From a virus (taxonomy: Duplodnaviria; Caudoviricetes): DNA of 39,726 bases. The stretch is taken from positions 1 to 39,726 of the IMG/VR virus record IMGVR_UViG_3300037631_003301; one strand, given 5' to 3'. The position numbers and the translations under genes are program-made. The notes under the pieces are model-generated. The model had not been told where the DNA came from, ran no database searches, and saw nothing but the letters and a program-made list of their open reading frames with translations. How positions within the stretch are numbered: position 1 is the stretch's first letter; each line of letters starts with the position of its first letter. Shown here piece after piece: positions 28,450 to 36,893 of this stretch.

Positions 28450-28816
28450 TTCTTTAATAAATATTCCTTATTCCTTGCAAAAGTATGTAAAATCTTTTCA
28501 GCAGTGGGACAAAATTCATGCTTTTAATATTGAGTCTGCATTGAGTTACGAAGCATTTCTATCCGTATGTGAATCAAATAAAATTATGGGAAATTATTAT
28601 ATTATAAATAGTAGTCTAAAGGCTAATAAAAATTTACAAATTAAGACATTCGAAGAGTGGAAAACAGTAGGCACTCTTAAGATTGGAGATTATATTTTTA
28701 ATGATAATTATAAATATATAAAAGTTGATAGTATAGAACAAGTTTCAGAAAGTGTTGAAGCAGTTGAAATAGAAACAACAGCAAATTATTTTTTAGAGAG
28801 GTATTTAGTAAAATGA
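28430..28816 (+). CDS. Stand-alone degenerate Hint (intein-like) domain
   Basis: AAGGAG ribosome-binding site. YYIIN..LK, W..V..LKIGDYIF, VDSIEQV, NYF...YLV follow the Hint pattern, but catalytic residues are absent. Confidence 0.65.
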   Translation: MKLIHHNSLINIPYSLQKYVKSFQQWDKIHAFNIESALSYEAFLSVCESNKIMGNYYIINSSLKANKNLQIKTFEEWKTVGTLKIGDYIFNDNYKYIKVDSIEQVSESVEAVEIETTANYFLERYLVK

Positions 28817-29274
28817 GTAGACGAGTATTATTAGGTAAAATTGATAGTAATGACCATGGATTACTTATTTCAAAAGTAGGAGTAGACGTAATAAATAGTT
28901 CAGGCGTTGTCGCAAATAAAGATTTATTAGTCTTTGACAGTCGTGAAAAAGGGTATGCCCAGGTTATTGCAAGAGGTAGTACAACTGTAACACGTACTGG
29001 TTCAAATGCAGGTACATCTACGGTCACTTTTTCAACTGTAGCAATTCCTAATGCTGTAGTAATTACTTATCCTGATGATAATATTACAAATTCTCCATAT
29101 TATGAAATAACTTCAGTAAGCACTACAGCAGTACAGTTTACAGTTCCTGCAACATATGCGGATTTTTCATCTATATATGGAGTTAATTTTAGTTATTTTC
29201 AGAATTTCGGTAGTGGAACAAGTACTCCAACTTCTACAACAATAAACTATATAGTTTTAAGGGGGCATGCATAA
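28813..29274 (+). CDS. Tail-tip protein, RRVLLGK paralog 2
   Basis: 153 aa. MSRRVLLGK..GLLISKVGVDVINS...LLVFDS. Confidence 0.75.
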   Translation: MSRRVLLGKIDSNDHGLLISKVGVDVINSSGVVANKDLLVFDSREKGYAQVIARGSTTVTRTGSNAGTSTVTFSTVAIPNAVVITYPDDNITNSPYYEITSVSTTAVQFTVPATYADFSSIYGVNFSYFQNFGSGTSTPTSTTINYIVLRGHA

Positions 29275-29882
29275 TGGCAAGACGAGTATTATTAGGAAAA
29301 GCGGGAAGTGACCAAGGATTTTTTGTATCTAAATCAGGTACCGATGTTGTAAATAGTTCGGGTGTTTTAACAGGCGGAGAGAATTTACTATTTGATAGTA
29401 GAGTAGGGATCGGGAGCTTGCCTCTTAAATTCCATGGAGAAGGGTTACTAGGAGTACCACCTAATGTGGGCAATAGTTCGGGTCAAAGTATTCAAATCGA
29501 ACAGGAATTTGTTAGTAGTACAAAAGCTACAATTACACATAATTTAGGGTATAAACCATATTGCATAGTACAATGGTGTTTTCAATCAGATTTAGACTCT
29601 AATGGTATTGCAACAAAAATGTACCCAGTAACTCACACAAACTATCAATTAGAAGCAGAACAATCCGACTATGGACAAAGAATAGAAGAGTTTAGAACTG
29701 AAGGAGTTCTAGGGGTGTGGTATGAAGTAACTACTACACAGTTAATAATTTATAATAATATGCAAGGCGAATACGGCTACGAAACCCTAGATAATGTAGT
29801 GCAGTATACTCAAGGCGTTAGTGGAAGGTCTATAGCATACGCATTTTTAATTTTTGATGTACAAGGAGTAGATACAATATGA
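29274..29882 (+). CDS. Tail-tip protein, RRVLLGK paralog 3
   Basis: 202 aa. MARRVLLGK..GFFVSKSGTDVVNS...LLFDS; ITHNLGYKP motif. Confidence 0.75.
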   Translation: MARRVLLGKAGSDQGFFVSKSGTDVVNSSGVLTGGENLLFDSRVGIGSLPLKFHGEGLLGVPPNVGNSSGQSIQIEQEFVSSTKATITHNLGYKPYCIVQWCFQSDLDSNGIATKMYPVTHTNYQLEAEQSDYGQRIEEFRTEGVLGVWYEVTTTQLIIYNNMQGEYGYETLDNVVQYTQGVSGRSIAYAFLIFDVQGVDTI

Positions 29883-30205
29883 GCAAAATTACAACAGCAA
29901 CAACAGGAGTTGGAACAACAGAAACAACTATTTATACTTGCCCTACAGGCAAAGAAACAACAATATCAAGATTTAGTATAACAGGAACAAAAGATGTTAC
30001 TGATTTAAAACTTAAGTATTACAATTCATCATCCTCATCTATTATAGCTTTAGTTGATAGCGGTGTAGTAAATTCAGGAGATACAGTTAGTTATATAAGT
30101 AATTCAAATACTCTAACTATGAATCCAACTGACTACCTTAGTGCATTATCAAATGTTGACAATTCATTAGATATAATTGTAACATATGAGGAAACAGATG
30201 CTTAG
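29879..30205 (+). CDS. Small beta-rich virion protein (IYTCP type)
   Basis: 108 aa, ATGA overlap. TTIYTCP..., LTMNPTDYL..., DIIVTYEE. Confidence 0.7.
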   Translation: MSKITTATTGVGTTETTIYTCPTGKETTISRFSITGTKDVTDLKLKYYNSSSSSIIALVDSGVVNSGDTVSYISNSNTLTMNPTDYLSALSNVDNSLDIIVTYEETDA

Positions 30206-30217
30206 GCTACATAGGTT

Positions 30218-30261
30218 CAAAAAACAGTTCTTGACAAGAGGTTATAAAATTTGGTATAATT
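30218..30261 (+). promoter_or_regulatory. Strong sigma70-type promoter for the collar/fibre operon
   Basis: TTGACA 30231-30236, 18-nt spacer, TGnTATAAT with TATAAT at 30255-30260. GGAGG ribosome-binding site downstream. Confidence 0.88.
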
Positions 30262-30284
30262 AAGACATTGGAGGTATAAAAGAT

Positions 30285-30620
30285 ATGTCAGCAGGAAGCT
30301 ACAATTTCACATTAGAACAGGGAGCAACATTAGACAGAACTGTTACAGTACAGGAAAGTGGCTCGGCTATGGATTTGACAGGATATACTCCAAGAATGCA
30401 AGTTAGAAGTACACACGATTCTTCAACTGTATTACTTACTGTAACTTGCAGTATTGCTAACGCTTCAGGAGGTATAATACGTCTACAAGGCAGTGCAAGT
30501 ACTACAGCTTCTATTGAAGAAGGAATATACGTATACGACTTAGAAATTGAGTCAAGTACTGGAGTTGTTACTCGTTTATTACAGGGTAATGTAACAGTCA
30601 CTCCAGAAGTAACAAGATAA
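30285..30620 (+). CDS. Tail collar / fibre attachment protein (T5 p132-like)
   Basis: EQGAT, DLTGYT.RMQVR, G.YVYDLEI, RLLQG.VTVTPEVTR; precedes the fibre genes. Confidence 0.78.
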   Translation: MSAGSYNFTLEQGATLDRTVTVQESGSAMDLTGYTPRMQVRSTHDSSTVLLTVTCSIANASGGIIRLQGSASTTASIEEGIYVYDLEIESSTGVVTRLLQGNVTVTPEVTR

Positions 30621-30621
30621 C

Positions 30622-31020
30622 ATGGCTATTACAGTAACGGTTAATGAAGAGCCGACTTTCGTAACAGTAAACGAAACTAATACCAATGTTACAGTAAATC
30701 AAACAGACAACCCTATAACTGTGCAAACAAGTCTAGCACTGGTTACAGGAGTATTAGCCTCTGCATCAGAAATAACAGCAGATGCTCATGGGTCTTTTGG
30801 GGGTGGTACGCTTCAAGCAGCTATTAACCATCTTGCAGACCAATTTTTTAGACAATCAACAACCCCTACTGGGGCTTCATTAGGAGAAGGTGACCTATGG
30901 TATGATACTGATAATGATCAGCTAAAAGTATATAGAGAAACTTCAACTAATAACTTTGAATTCGTACCCCTTGCCGCAGCAACGGATACAATGGACAATC
31001 TAGACGGAGGACAGTTCTAG
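30622..31020 (+). CDS. Fibre adaptor-like protein ending in DGGQF
   Basis: V/T/N-rich N-terminus, P....EGDLWYDTD...LKVY motif, C-terminal LDGGQF. Confidence 0.7.
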   Translation: MAITVTVNEEPTFVTVNETNTNVTVNQTDNPITVQTSLALVTGVLASASEITADAHGSFGGGTLQAAINHLADQFFRQSTTPTGASLGEGDLWYDTDNDQLKVYRETSTNNFEFVPLAAATDTMDNLDGGQF

Positions 31021-31040
31021 AAGTCAAATAGGAAAACATT

Positions 31041-32645
31041 ATGGCACAAACAATTAAAATCAAAAGAAGTAGTAGCGCGGCGGCTCCTGGTAGCGCCTTA
31101 GCTGCGGGTGAACTGGCCTATTCCTTTAATTCCAGTAAGTTATTTATAGGTGACGGTTCCGCTAATGATATCATAGGTGGTGAGTTATTTGTAAATATGC
31201 TCGACCACACAGCGGGTACTTTAACTGCAAGTTCAGCAATCATTGTTGACTCAAATAGTAAGATAGACCAATTAAAAACAGCTAATCTTACAATAGGGGC
31301 AAACTCTATTACTGCAGGTTCAGGTAATGTTCAAATAGTATCAGCAGCAGATTTAGACTTAGATCTAACAGGTGGTTCAATAGACACAAGTAGTCAAGCT
31401 ACAGAAATCCTAATTATAGATAACAATGCAAACGCATTTGAAATCAAAGAAGGAGTAACTTCTTACTTAACTTTCGATACTACTAACTCAGCAGAGAAAA
31501 TAACACTCGGAGCAAAGCTCGAAGCAGGTTCTGTAGAAATCGAAGGTACAAACTTTGACATTAATGGCGGTACTATTGATGGTACAGTTATTGGCGGTTC
31601 TTCTGCTACAGCAGGTACATTTACTAATTTAACAGGCACAGGCACAATAAACTTTGCAGGTGCTACAGTATCTAATGGTGGTTCAGTAACTACTGTAGAT
31701 ATTAATGGTGGTACTATTGATGGTGCAGTTATAGGCGGTGCAAGTGCAGCAGCTATAACAGGTACTACAATTACTGCTACAACACTCACAGACGGTACAG
31801 CAAGTATCAGCAGTGGAGATATTACAGGTGTTACTTCATTAGCAGTAGATAATGTTACTGTAAATGGTAATGACATCTCTACAACAAATTCAAATGGTAA
31901 TTTAACACTATCACCCAATGGAAATGGCACAGTAACAGTACCTTCAGGATATAAAGATAGAACTGGATTTGGAGCTACTTCTCTTGTATCAAAAGAATAT
32001 GTAGATGCAGTTAAAGTTGGTTTAGACTTTAAAGATTCAGTAAGAGTTGCTACTACAGGTAATATTTCGATTTCAACTGCACCAGCTGCAATTGACGGAG
32101 TAACTCTTTCTAGTGATGATAGAGTACTTGTAAAAGATCAGTCTACTGGCTCACAAAACGGTATATATGTATTTAACGGTTCTGGTTCAGCAATGACAAG
32201 AGCTACTGATGCTGATGCTAACGCTGAAGTAACATCAGGTATGTTTACTTTCGTAACAGAGGGTAGTGTAAATGCTGATAGTGGTTTTGTACTAACAACA
32301 GACGGTAGTATTACAGTCGGCAGTACAGCTCTTGCTTTTGCTCAATTCTCAGGTGCTGGTCAAATAACTGCTGGTGCAGCAATGACCAAAACCGGTAATA
32401 CTCTTGATGTAGAAGTAGATGGACAATCATTAGAAGTAAGTTCAGATGCTTTAAGAATCAAAGGTATTACACAAACAGCAACTGGTGACTTAATATTTGG
32501 TAATACAAATGGAGCTAATTCAGGTTATCAAAGACTAACAATTGGAACATATGATTCTACAAATAGTGTAGGACAAATGTTACAAGTCGGAGCAAACAGT
32601 ACAGTTACTTGGACAAACACAATAGATGGGGGAACATTCTCCTAA
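31041..32645 (+). CDS. Tail fibre protein (proximal)
   Basis: N-terminal IKIKRS...LAAGELAY...KLFIG; DINGGTIDGxVIGG twice; KDSVRVATT...DRVLVKDQ..QNGIY domain; ends IDGGTFS. Confidence 0.82.
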   Translation: MAQTIKIKRSSSAAAPGSALAAGELAYSFNSSKLFIGDGSANDIIGGELFVNMLDHTAGTLTASSAIIVDSNSKIDQLKTANLTIGANSITAGSGNVQIVSAADLDLDLTGGSIDTSSQATEILIIDNNANAFEIKEGVTSYLTFDTTNSAEKITLGAKLEAGSVEIEGTNFDINGGTIDGTVIGGSSATAGTFTNLTGTGTINFAGATVSNGGSVTTVDINGGTIDGAVIGGASAAAITGTTITATTLTDGTASISSGDITGVTSLAVDNVTVNGNDISTTNSNGNLTLSPNGNGTVTVPSGYKDRTGFGATSLVSKEYVDAVKVGLDFKDSVRVATTGNISISTAPAAIDGVTLSSDDRVLVKDQSTGSQNGIYVFNGSGSAMTRATDADANAEVTSGMFTFVTEGSVNADSGFVLTTDGSITVGSTALAFAQFSGAGQITAGAAMTKTGNTLDVEVDGQSLEVSSDALRIKGITQTATGDLIFGNTNGANSGYQRLTIGTYDSTNSVGQMLQVGANSTVTWTNTIDGGTFS

Positions 32646-32657
32646 GAATTAAGTTCC

Positions 32658-32669
32658 GCGTATATACGC
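32658..32669. promoter_or_regulatory. Perfect 12-bp palindrome GCGTATATACGC between fibre genes
   Basis: Self-complementary, intergenic, just upstream of the AAGGA ribosome-binding site. Function unknown. Confidence 0.45.
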
Positions 32670-32691
32670 ATAGAAAAGGAATACCATAAAT

Positions 32692-35600
32692 ATGGCACAA
32701 ACGATTAAATTAAAAAGGTCTGCGACTCAGAACGCAGTACCTTCCACATCATCATTAGCATTAGGTGAAATAGCACTTAATACCTACGATGGTAAGTTAT
32801 TTATTAAGAAAGATGTAGGCGGAACAGAATCAATAGTTACTATAGGAGCAGTCGGAGCTGGGTCAATCGGACCTACCGAATTAGCTTCAACAGCAGTAAC
32901 AGCAGGTTCATACGGGTCTACAAGTGCCATACCAGTAATAACAATAGATGCAGATGGAAGGATAACAAGTGCTTCCACTGCAACAATCTCAGGCTTATCA
33001 GCCAACTCAGTAACATCTACAGAAATTGCGGCAAACGCTGTAGGTATCTCTGAGCTTGACGTTACGGACGGAACAGATGGTCAAGTACTTACAACAGACG
33101 GAAGTGGTACTCTTACTTTTGAAACTCCAACAGGAGGAGCTGCTTCTGCAAATGCTTTTGCTACTAATATAGCAAGTGGTGATGGTAGTACAGCAACTTT
33201 TACACTTTCTAGTACGCCAAGTGCAGAGTCAAAGATTATAGCATTTATTAATGGTGTATTCCAAAATCAAGACGCTTATACGATCAGTGGTACAGACATA
33301 ACTTTTGATACTGCTCCAATATCTGGAACAAATAATGTAGTTGTATATGTAATAGGAGATGTCTATAGTGGAGAAAGTGTACTTATAAGTAACTTTGATG
33401 GTAATGGTAGTACAACAGCTTTTACACTCTCTAATAATCCTGGAAATGAAAACAATACACAAGTATACATAGATGGTGTATACCAGCAAAAAACAACATA
33501 TAGTGTAAGTGGAACTACTCTAACATTTAACACTGCACCTCCAACTGGTACAGCAAATATAGAAGTTGTAATGTTAACTTCTACAACTGTAAATACTCCA
33601 GCAGCAGGTTCTGTTGTAACAGCTTCTATGGCTGATGATAGTGTTACAGGTGCTAAGATAGTAAGTAGTGCGGTAACAACAGCGAAGATAGCAGATGCAA
33701 ATGTTACTACAGCAAAGATAGCTGATGCAAATGTTACTACAGCAAAGATAGCAAATGACGCAGTAACTTTAGATAAGATCGCTGACGCAGTATTTGTAAC
33801 AGAATCAGAAGGTATATCTTCAAACGACAATGACACTACTTTACCTACTTCAGCGGCAGTAAAAGATTACGTTGATGGAAAAGACTTTGAGACAGGTTTA
33901 GCAGGAGATAGTGGAACAGGTACAGTAAATACAAGTCAAACTCTTACATTTTCAGGAACAACAAACGAAGTAAATACTTCCGTGTCTGGCCAAACAGTAA
34001 CAGTAGGACTACCAAATAGTGTAAACTTAACAAGTAACTTAACTGTAGGTGGTTACATAGCTGGACCTGCTTCTTTTACAATTGACCCTGCAGGAGTTGG
34101 AGATAACACTGGAACAGTTGTTATTGCAGGCAACTTACAAGTAGATGGAACACAAACAATAATTAACTCTACTTCTATGTCAGTAGACGACTTAAATTTA
34201 ACTTTAGCAAGTGGTGCAGCGAATGCGGCCGCAGCGAATGGTGCAGGTCTTACTATCGATGGAGCAAGTGCTACTTTATTGTATGCTTCTTCAGGAGATA
34301 AATTTGTCTTTAATAAGACGGTAGACGCTACAATAGGAACAGCAGCACAGCCTAATATTACAAGTGTTGGAACTTTAACCTCTTTAAATGCCAGTGGTAG
34401 TGTTAAGTTAGATAAAAGTTTTGCTTCAAGTGATTTTTTAGGTGATGCTAATATATACTCATTAAGATTAACAAATGATAACACGACCGCAGGAAATGTT
34501 GTAGGCTTAAGTTTTGGCCAAGGTGGCTATAATTTTACAAACTTTATTGCAAGTGTAAGGACAGGAACAGGAGCTAATCCCAAAGGTGATTTAGTATTTG
34601 GTGGCCGACCATCAGATGGTTCTGCATTTGTAGAAAGAATGAGAATACAAGCAAATGGCCATGTTGGTATCGGAACAGATAATCCAGGTTATGCATTAAC
34701 CATATCAAATACAACTTCAGGCAAGCTTAGTCTTGCAGGCGGAACAAATCAAAATGGAATAAGATTCGAGGCTGCAGGGAATGATGGAGTATCAAGTTCG
34801 CTGTATTATCTTGGAGCCGGCTCAGACCTAATGAGTGGTACCGATTATGGTGCCGTATTCTTAGATGTTACAAATAACCGTTCAGTATTATACGATGACC
34901 AAAGTAATAGTAGATTAGGCTTTTATAATAATAACATGGTTATTGATGCTTCTGGAAACGTTGGAATTAAACGAACAAGTATAGCTCAACCAAGTGCAGG
35001 TGCTACAACACTTGCTATACAAGGAACAGATAATAATAAAGCTGGTGCAATTAGATTATATTCAGCTAATGATTCAGTTGCAGCTTACATATATCCTGAT
35101 AGCGTAAATGGTTTATCTATTAATACAAGTACAAGCCATCCTATGGTATTTAGAACTGCAGGTGTAGAAAGACTAAAGATTGGTTCTGATGGTTTGGCTG
35201 AATTTACTTCTACTAGAAATGAATGGGCGATGCGATTAACTTCTGGTTCAAATCGCGGAGGTATAGTATTAGATAAGCCTGGAACATCAACTATAATGGG
35301 AAGCATGTTAATGCTGGCGTCAGATGAAACATTTAGACTTGGTACGGCCTCTAATTATCATATCAGAATGACTCAAAATGGTAGTACATTCTTTGGTGAT
35401 ACCGCAAATACTCATTTTTCAAGCAGTGGAAATCTCTACATGGGAACAACTACTAATTTTATAGCATATAACACAATTCCTGGGTCACAATGGACTACAA
35501 TAGCTGAATCAATAAATTATGGTTCACATGGTTATAGTTCTTCTCAAAGATATTGGCATCATCTAAAATCAGCTGGTGGAACACATATCACAGTTAATAC

Positions 35601-36654
35601 TGATGGAGCAGTAACTGCTTCTGAAAATGCATTTGATGATTTTGTAGTTTGGCAAGGAACACAGGATTCAGGCGAACCATTGTTCAGAGTTTCAAATGCT
35701 GGTAGAGTAATTGCTAAACGTAATTATGAAATTGGTAATCATAAAACAAATAAAGAAGAGTTTGGGGTCAGTGCAATAAACACTGTTGATACAGCAACTT
35801 CAGACATTAATACAACTACTACAAATACATATGAAAATAGACCGGGTGTATATTGGTTAAATTATAACAGTAAAAGATTTAGAGCATTTATAAAACCAAA
35901 TTGGTTGCAAAATAGAAACTGGGTATTGGCTGCAAAATTCTTTCACCATTCTGATATGCCGGCAGGCTCAAGTTTATGGACTAATGATGCATCATGGAAC
36001 GCAGGGGATTTTGACTTAAATAACGGTCATTTTTCTAAATATGGAATGCCTTGGAGATATTTTGGATTCACTAGGTTAGCGATGCAAATGGGGGACAGAA
36101 TTGCTCCAATTATGCAATTTAACTCAACACAAACTTTATATGGAGCATTTAGTGGAGGATTAGCTAATAATTCAGGAATTACAGCAGACAGTACAGATCC
36201 TGCAATGACGGGAACTGGAGTAACATACCATAATATGACAAATTATGCAGGTCCTGACTTTACAGATTTAGGCGGCCTAGAAGATAGAATGCAGTCTTAT
36301 GGGTTAAATAAATGGATGGGAAGTTCAACAAATTCTACTTCATCAAATAATCAAAGTTCTTTCAATAAAAATGGAACTGTAAAAGGCCATCAATTAACAG
36401 TAGAAGACTCACATCCAAATATTGGAGGTAATGTTGCTCTGGGTCGTGCAGGAGCATGGATTGGCTGTCCACTGGATGAAGGAGGTTCTACCCAGGGCAA
36501 TGCAACGGGTAACGGTGGTGCAGATTCTGCCTTTGGCTTTGGTGGGGGTTGTGGTAATAATGCAAGAACTTGGACATCAGGAATTGCTGAATGGGGTAGA
36601 GGCAATGAAGTTGCTAACTATCACCCTGCTTATATTTGGTTAAGCATAGACTAG
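32692..36654 (+). CDS. Long tail fibre with a C-terminal globular receptor-binding-like domain
   Basis: 1320 aa. IKLKRS...LALGEIALN..DGKLF; ITIDADGRIT; two GDGST..F.L/GV.Q modules; VTTAKIAD repeats; ERMRI..NG.VGIGT repeats. Confidence 0.87.
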   Translation: MAQTIKLKRSATQNAVPSTSSLALGEIALNTYDGKLFIKKDVGGTESIVTIGAVGAGSIGPTELASTAVTAGSYGSTSAIPVITIDADGRITSASTATISGLSANSVTSTEIAANAVGISELDVTDGTDGQVLTTDGSGTLTFETPTGGAASANAFATNIASGDGSTATFTLSSTPSAESKIIAFINGVFQNQDAYTISGTDITFDTAPISGTNNVVVYVIGDVYSGESVLISNFDGNGSTTAFTLSNNPGNENNTQVYIDGVYQQKTTYSVSGTTLTFNTAPPTGTANIEVVMLTSTTVNTPAAGSVVTASMADDSVTGAKIVSSAVTTAKIADANVTTAKIADANVTTAKIANDAVTLDKIADAVFVTESEGISSNDNDTTLPTSAAVKDYVDGKDFETGLAGDSGTGTVNTSQTLTFSGTTNEVNTSVSGQTVTVGLPNSVNLTSNLTVGGYIAGPASFTIDPAGVGDNTGTVVIAGNLQVDGTQTIINSTSMSVDDLNLTLASGAANAAAANGAGLTIDGASATLLYASSGDKFVFNKTVDATIGTAAQPNITSVGTLTSLNASGSVKLDKSFASSDFLGDANIYSLRLTNDNTTAGNVVGLSFGQGGYNFTNFIASVRTGTGANPKGDLVFGGRPSDGSAFVERMRIQANGHVGIGTDNPGYALTISNTTSGKLSLAGGTNQNGIRFEAAGNDGVSSSLYYLGAGSDLMSGTDYGAVFLDVTNNRSVLYDDQSNSRLGFYNNNMVIDASGNVGIKRTSIAQPSAGATTLAIQGTDNNKAGAIRLYSANDSVAAYIYPDSVNGLSINTSTSHPMVFRTAGVERLKIGSDGLAEFTSTRNEWAMRLTSGSNRGGIVLDKPGTSTIMGSMLMLASDETFRLGTASNYHIRMTQNGSTFFGDTANTHFSSSGNLYMGTTTNFIAYNTIPGSQWTTIAESINYGSHGYSSSQRYWHHLKSAGGTHITVNTDGAVTASENAFDDFVVWQGTQDSGEPLFRVSNAGRVIAKRNYEIGNHKTNKEEFGVSAINTVDTATSDINTTTTNTYENRPGVYWLNYNSKRFRAFIKPNWLQNRNWVLAAKFFHHSDMPAGSSLWTNDASWNAGDFDLNNGHFSKYGMPWRYFGFTRLAMQMGDRIAPIMQFNSTQTLYGAFSGGLANNSGITADSTDPAMTGTGVTYHNMTNYAGPDFTDLGGLEDRMQSYGLNKWMGSSTNSTSSNNQSSFNKNGTVKGHQLTVEDSHPNIGGNVALGRAGAWIGCPLDEGGSTQGNATGNGGADSAFGFGGGCGNNARTWTSGIAEWGRGNEVANYHPAYIWLSID
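33601..33789 (+). repeat. 30-nt tandem repeat encoding (A)DxxVTxAKI about six times
   Basis: GATGCAAATGTTACTACAGCAAAGATAGC is identical at 33694 and 33724; flanking units have diverged. Confidence 0.9.
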
Positions 36655-36662
36655 GAGATATT

Positions 36663-36890
36663 ATGATAAATTGGGAAGATGTAAAAACACAATCAATAAC
36701 AAATATAAATGATATTGTTGATAATGCAGGTGTAGTTTTATTAGATGGATTAACAGAAACTAAAAAGGCTGGAGTTGATTTACAAGAGCAATGTAAAGTT
36801 GCTTTAGATAATTATAAGTTAGCATGTACTCAATTATCCATAACAGAAGATTCAAGCGTAATTAATAAAGCAAGTACATATATAGGATAA
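36663..36890 (+). CDS. Small protein, possible fibre assembly chaperone
   Basis: 75 aa from ATG 36663 with AGGAG ribosome-binding site; lies between two fibre genes. Confidence 0.65.
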   Translation: MINWEDVKTQSITNINDIVDNAGVVLLDGLTETKKAGVDLQEQCKVALDNYKLACTQLSITEDSSVINKASTYIG

Positions 36891-36893
36891 AAA

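Noticed and set aside
28430-28816. Active or split intein
   Set aside because: No N-terminal Cys/Ser nucleophile, no TxxH, no terminal His-Asn and no flanking exteins.
5559-36643. Out-of-frame + strand ORFs inside genes (5559, 19873, 26671, 36422)
   Set aside because: Short, nested and motif-free, with no initiation signal I could support.
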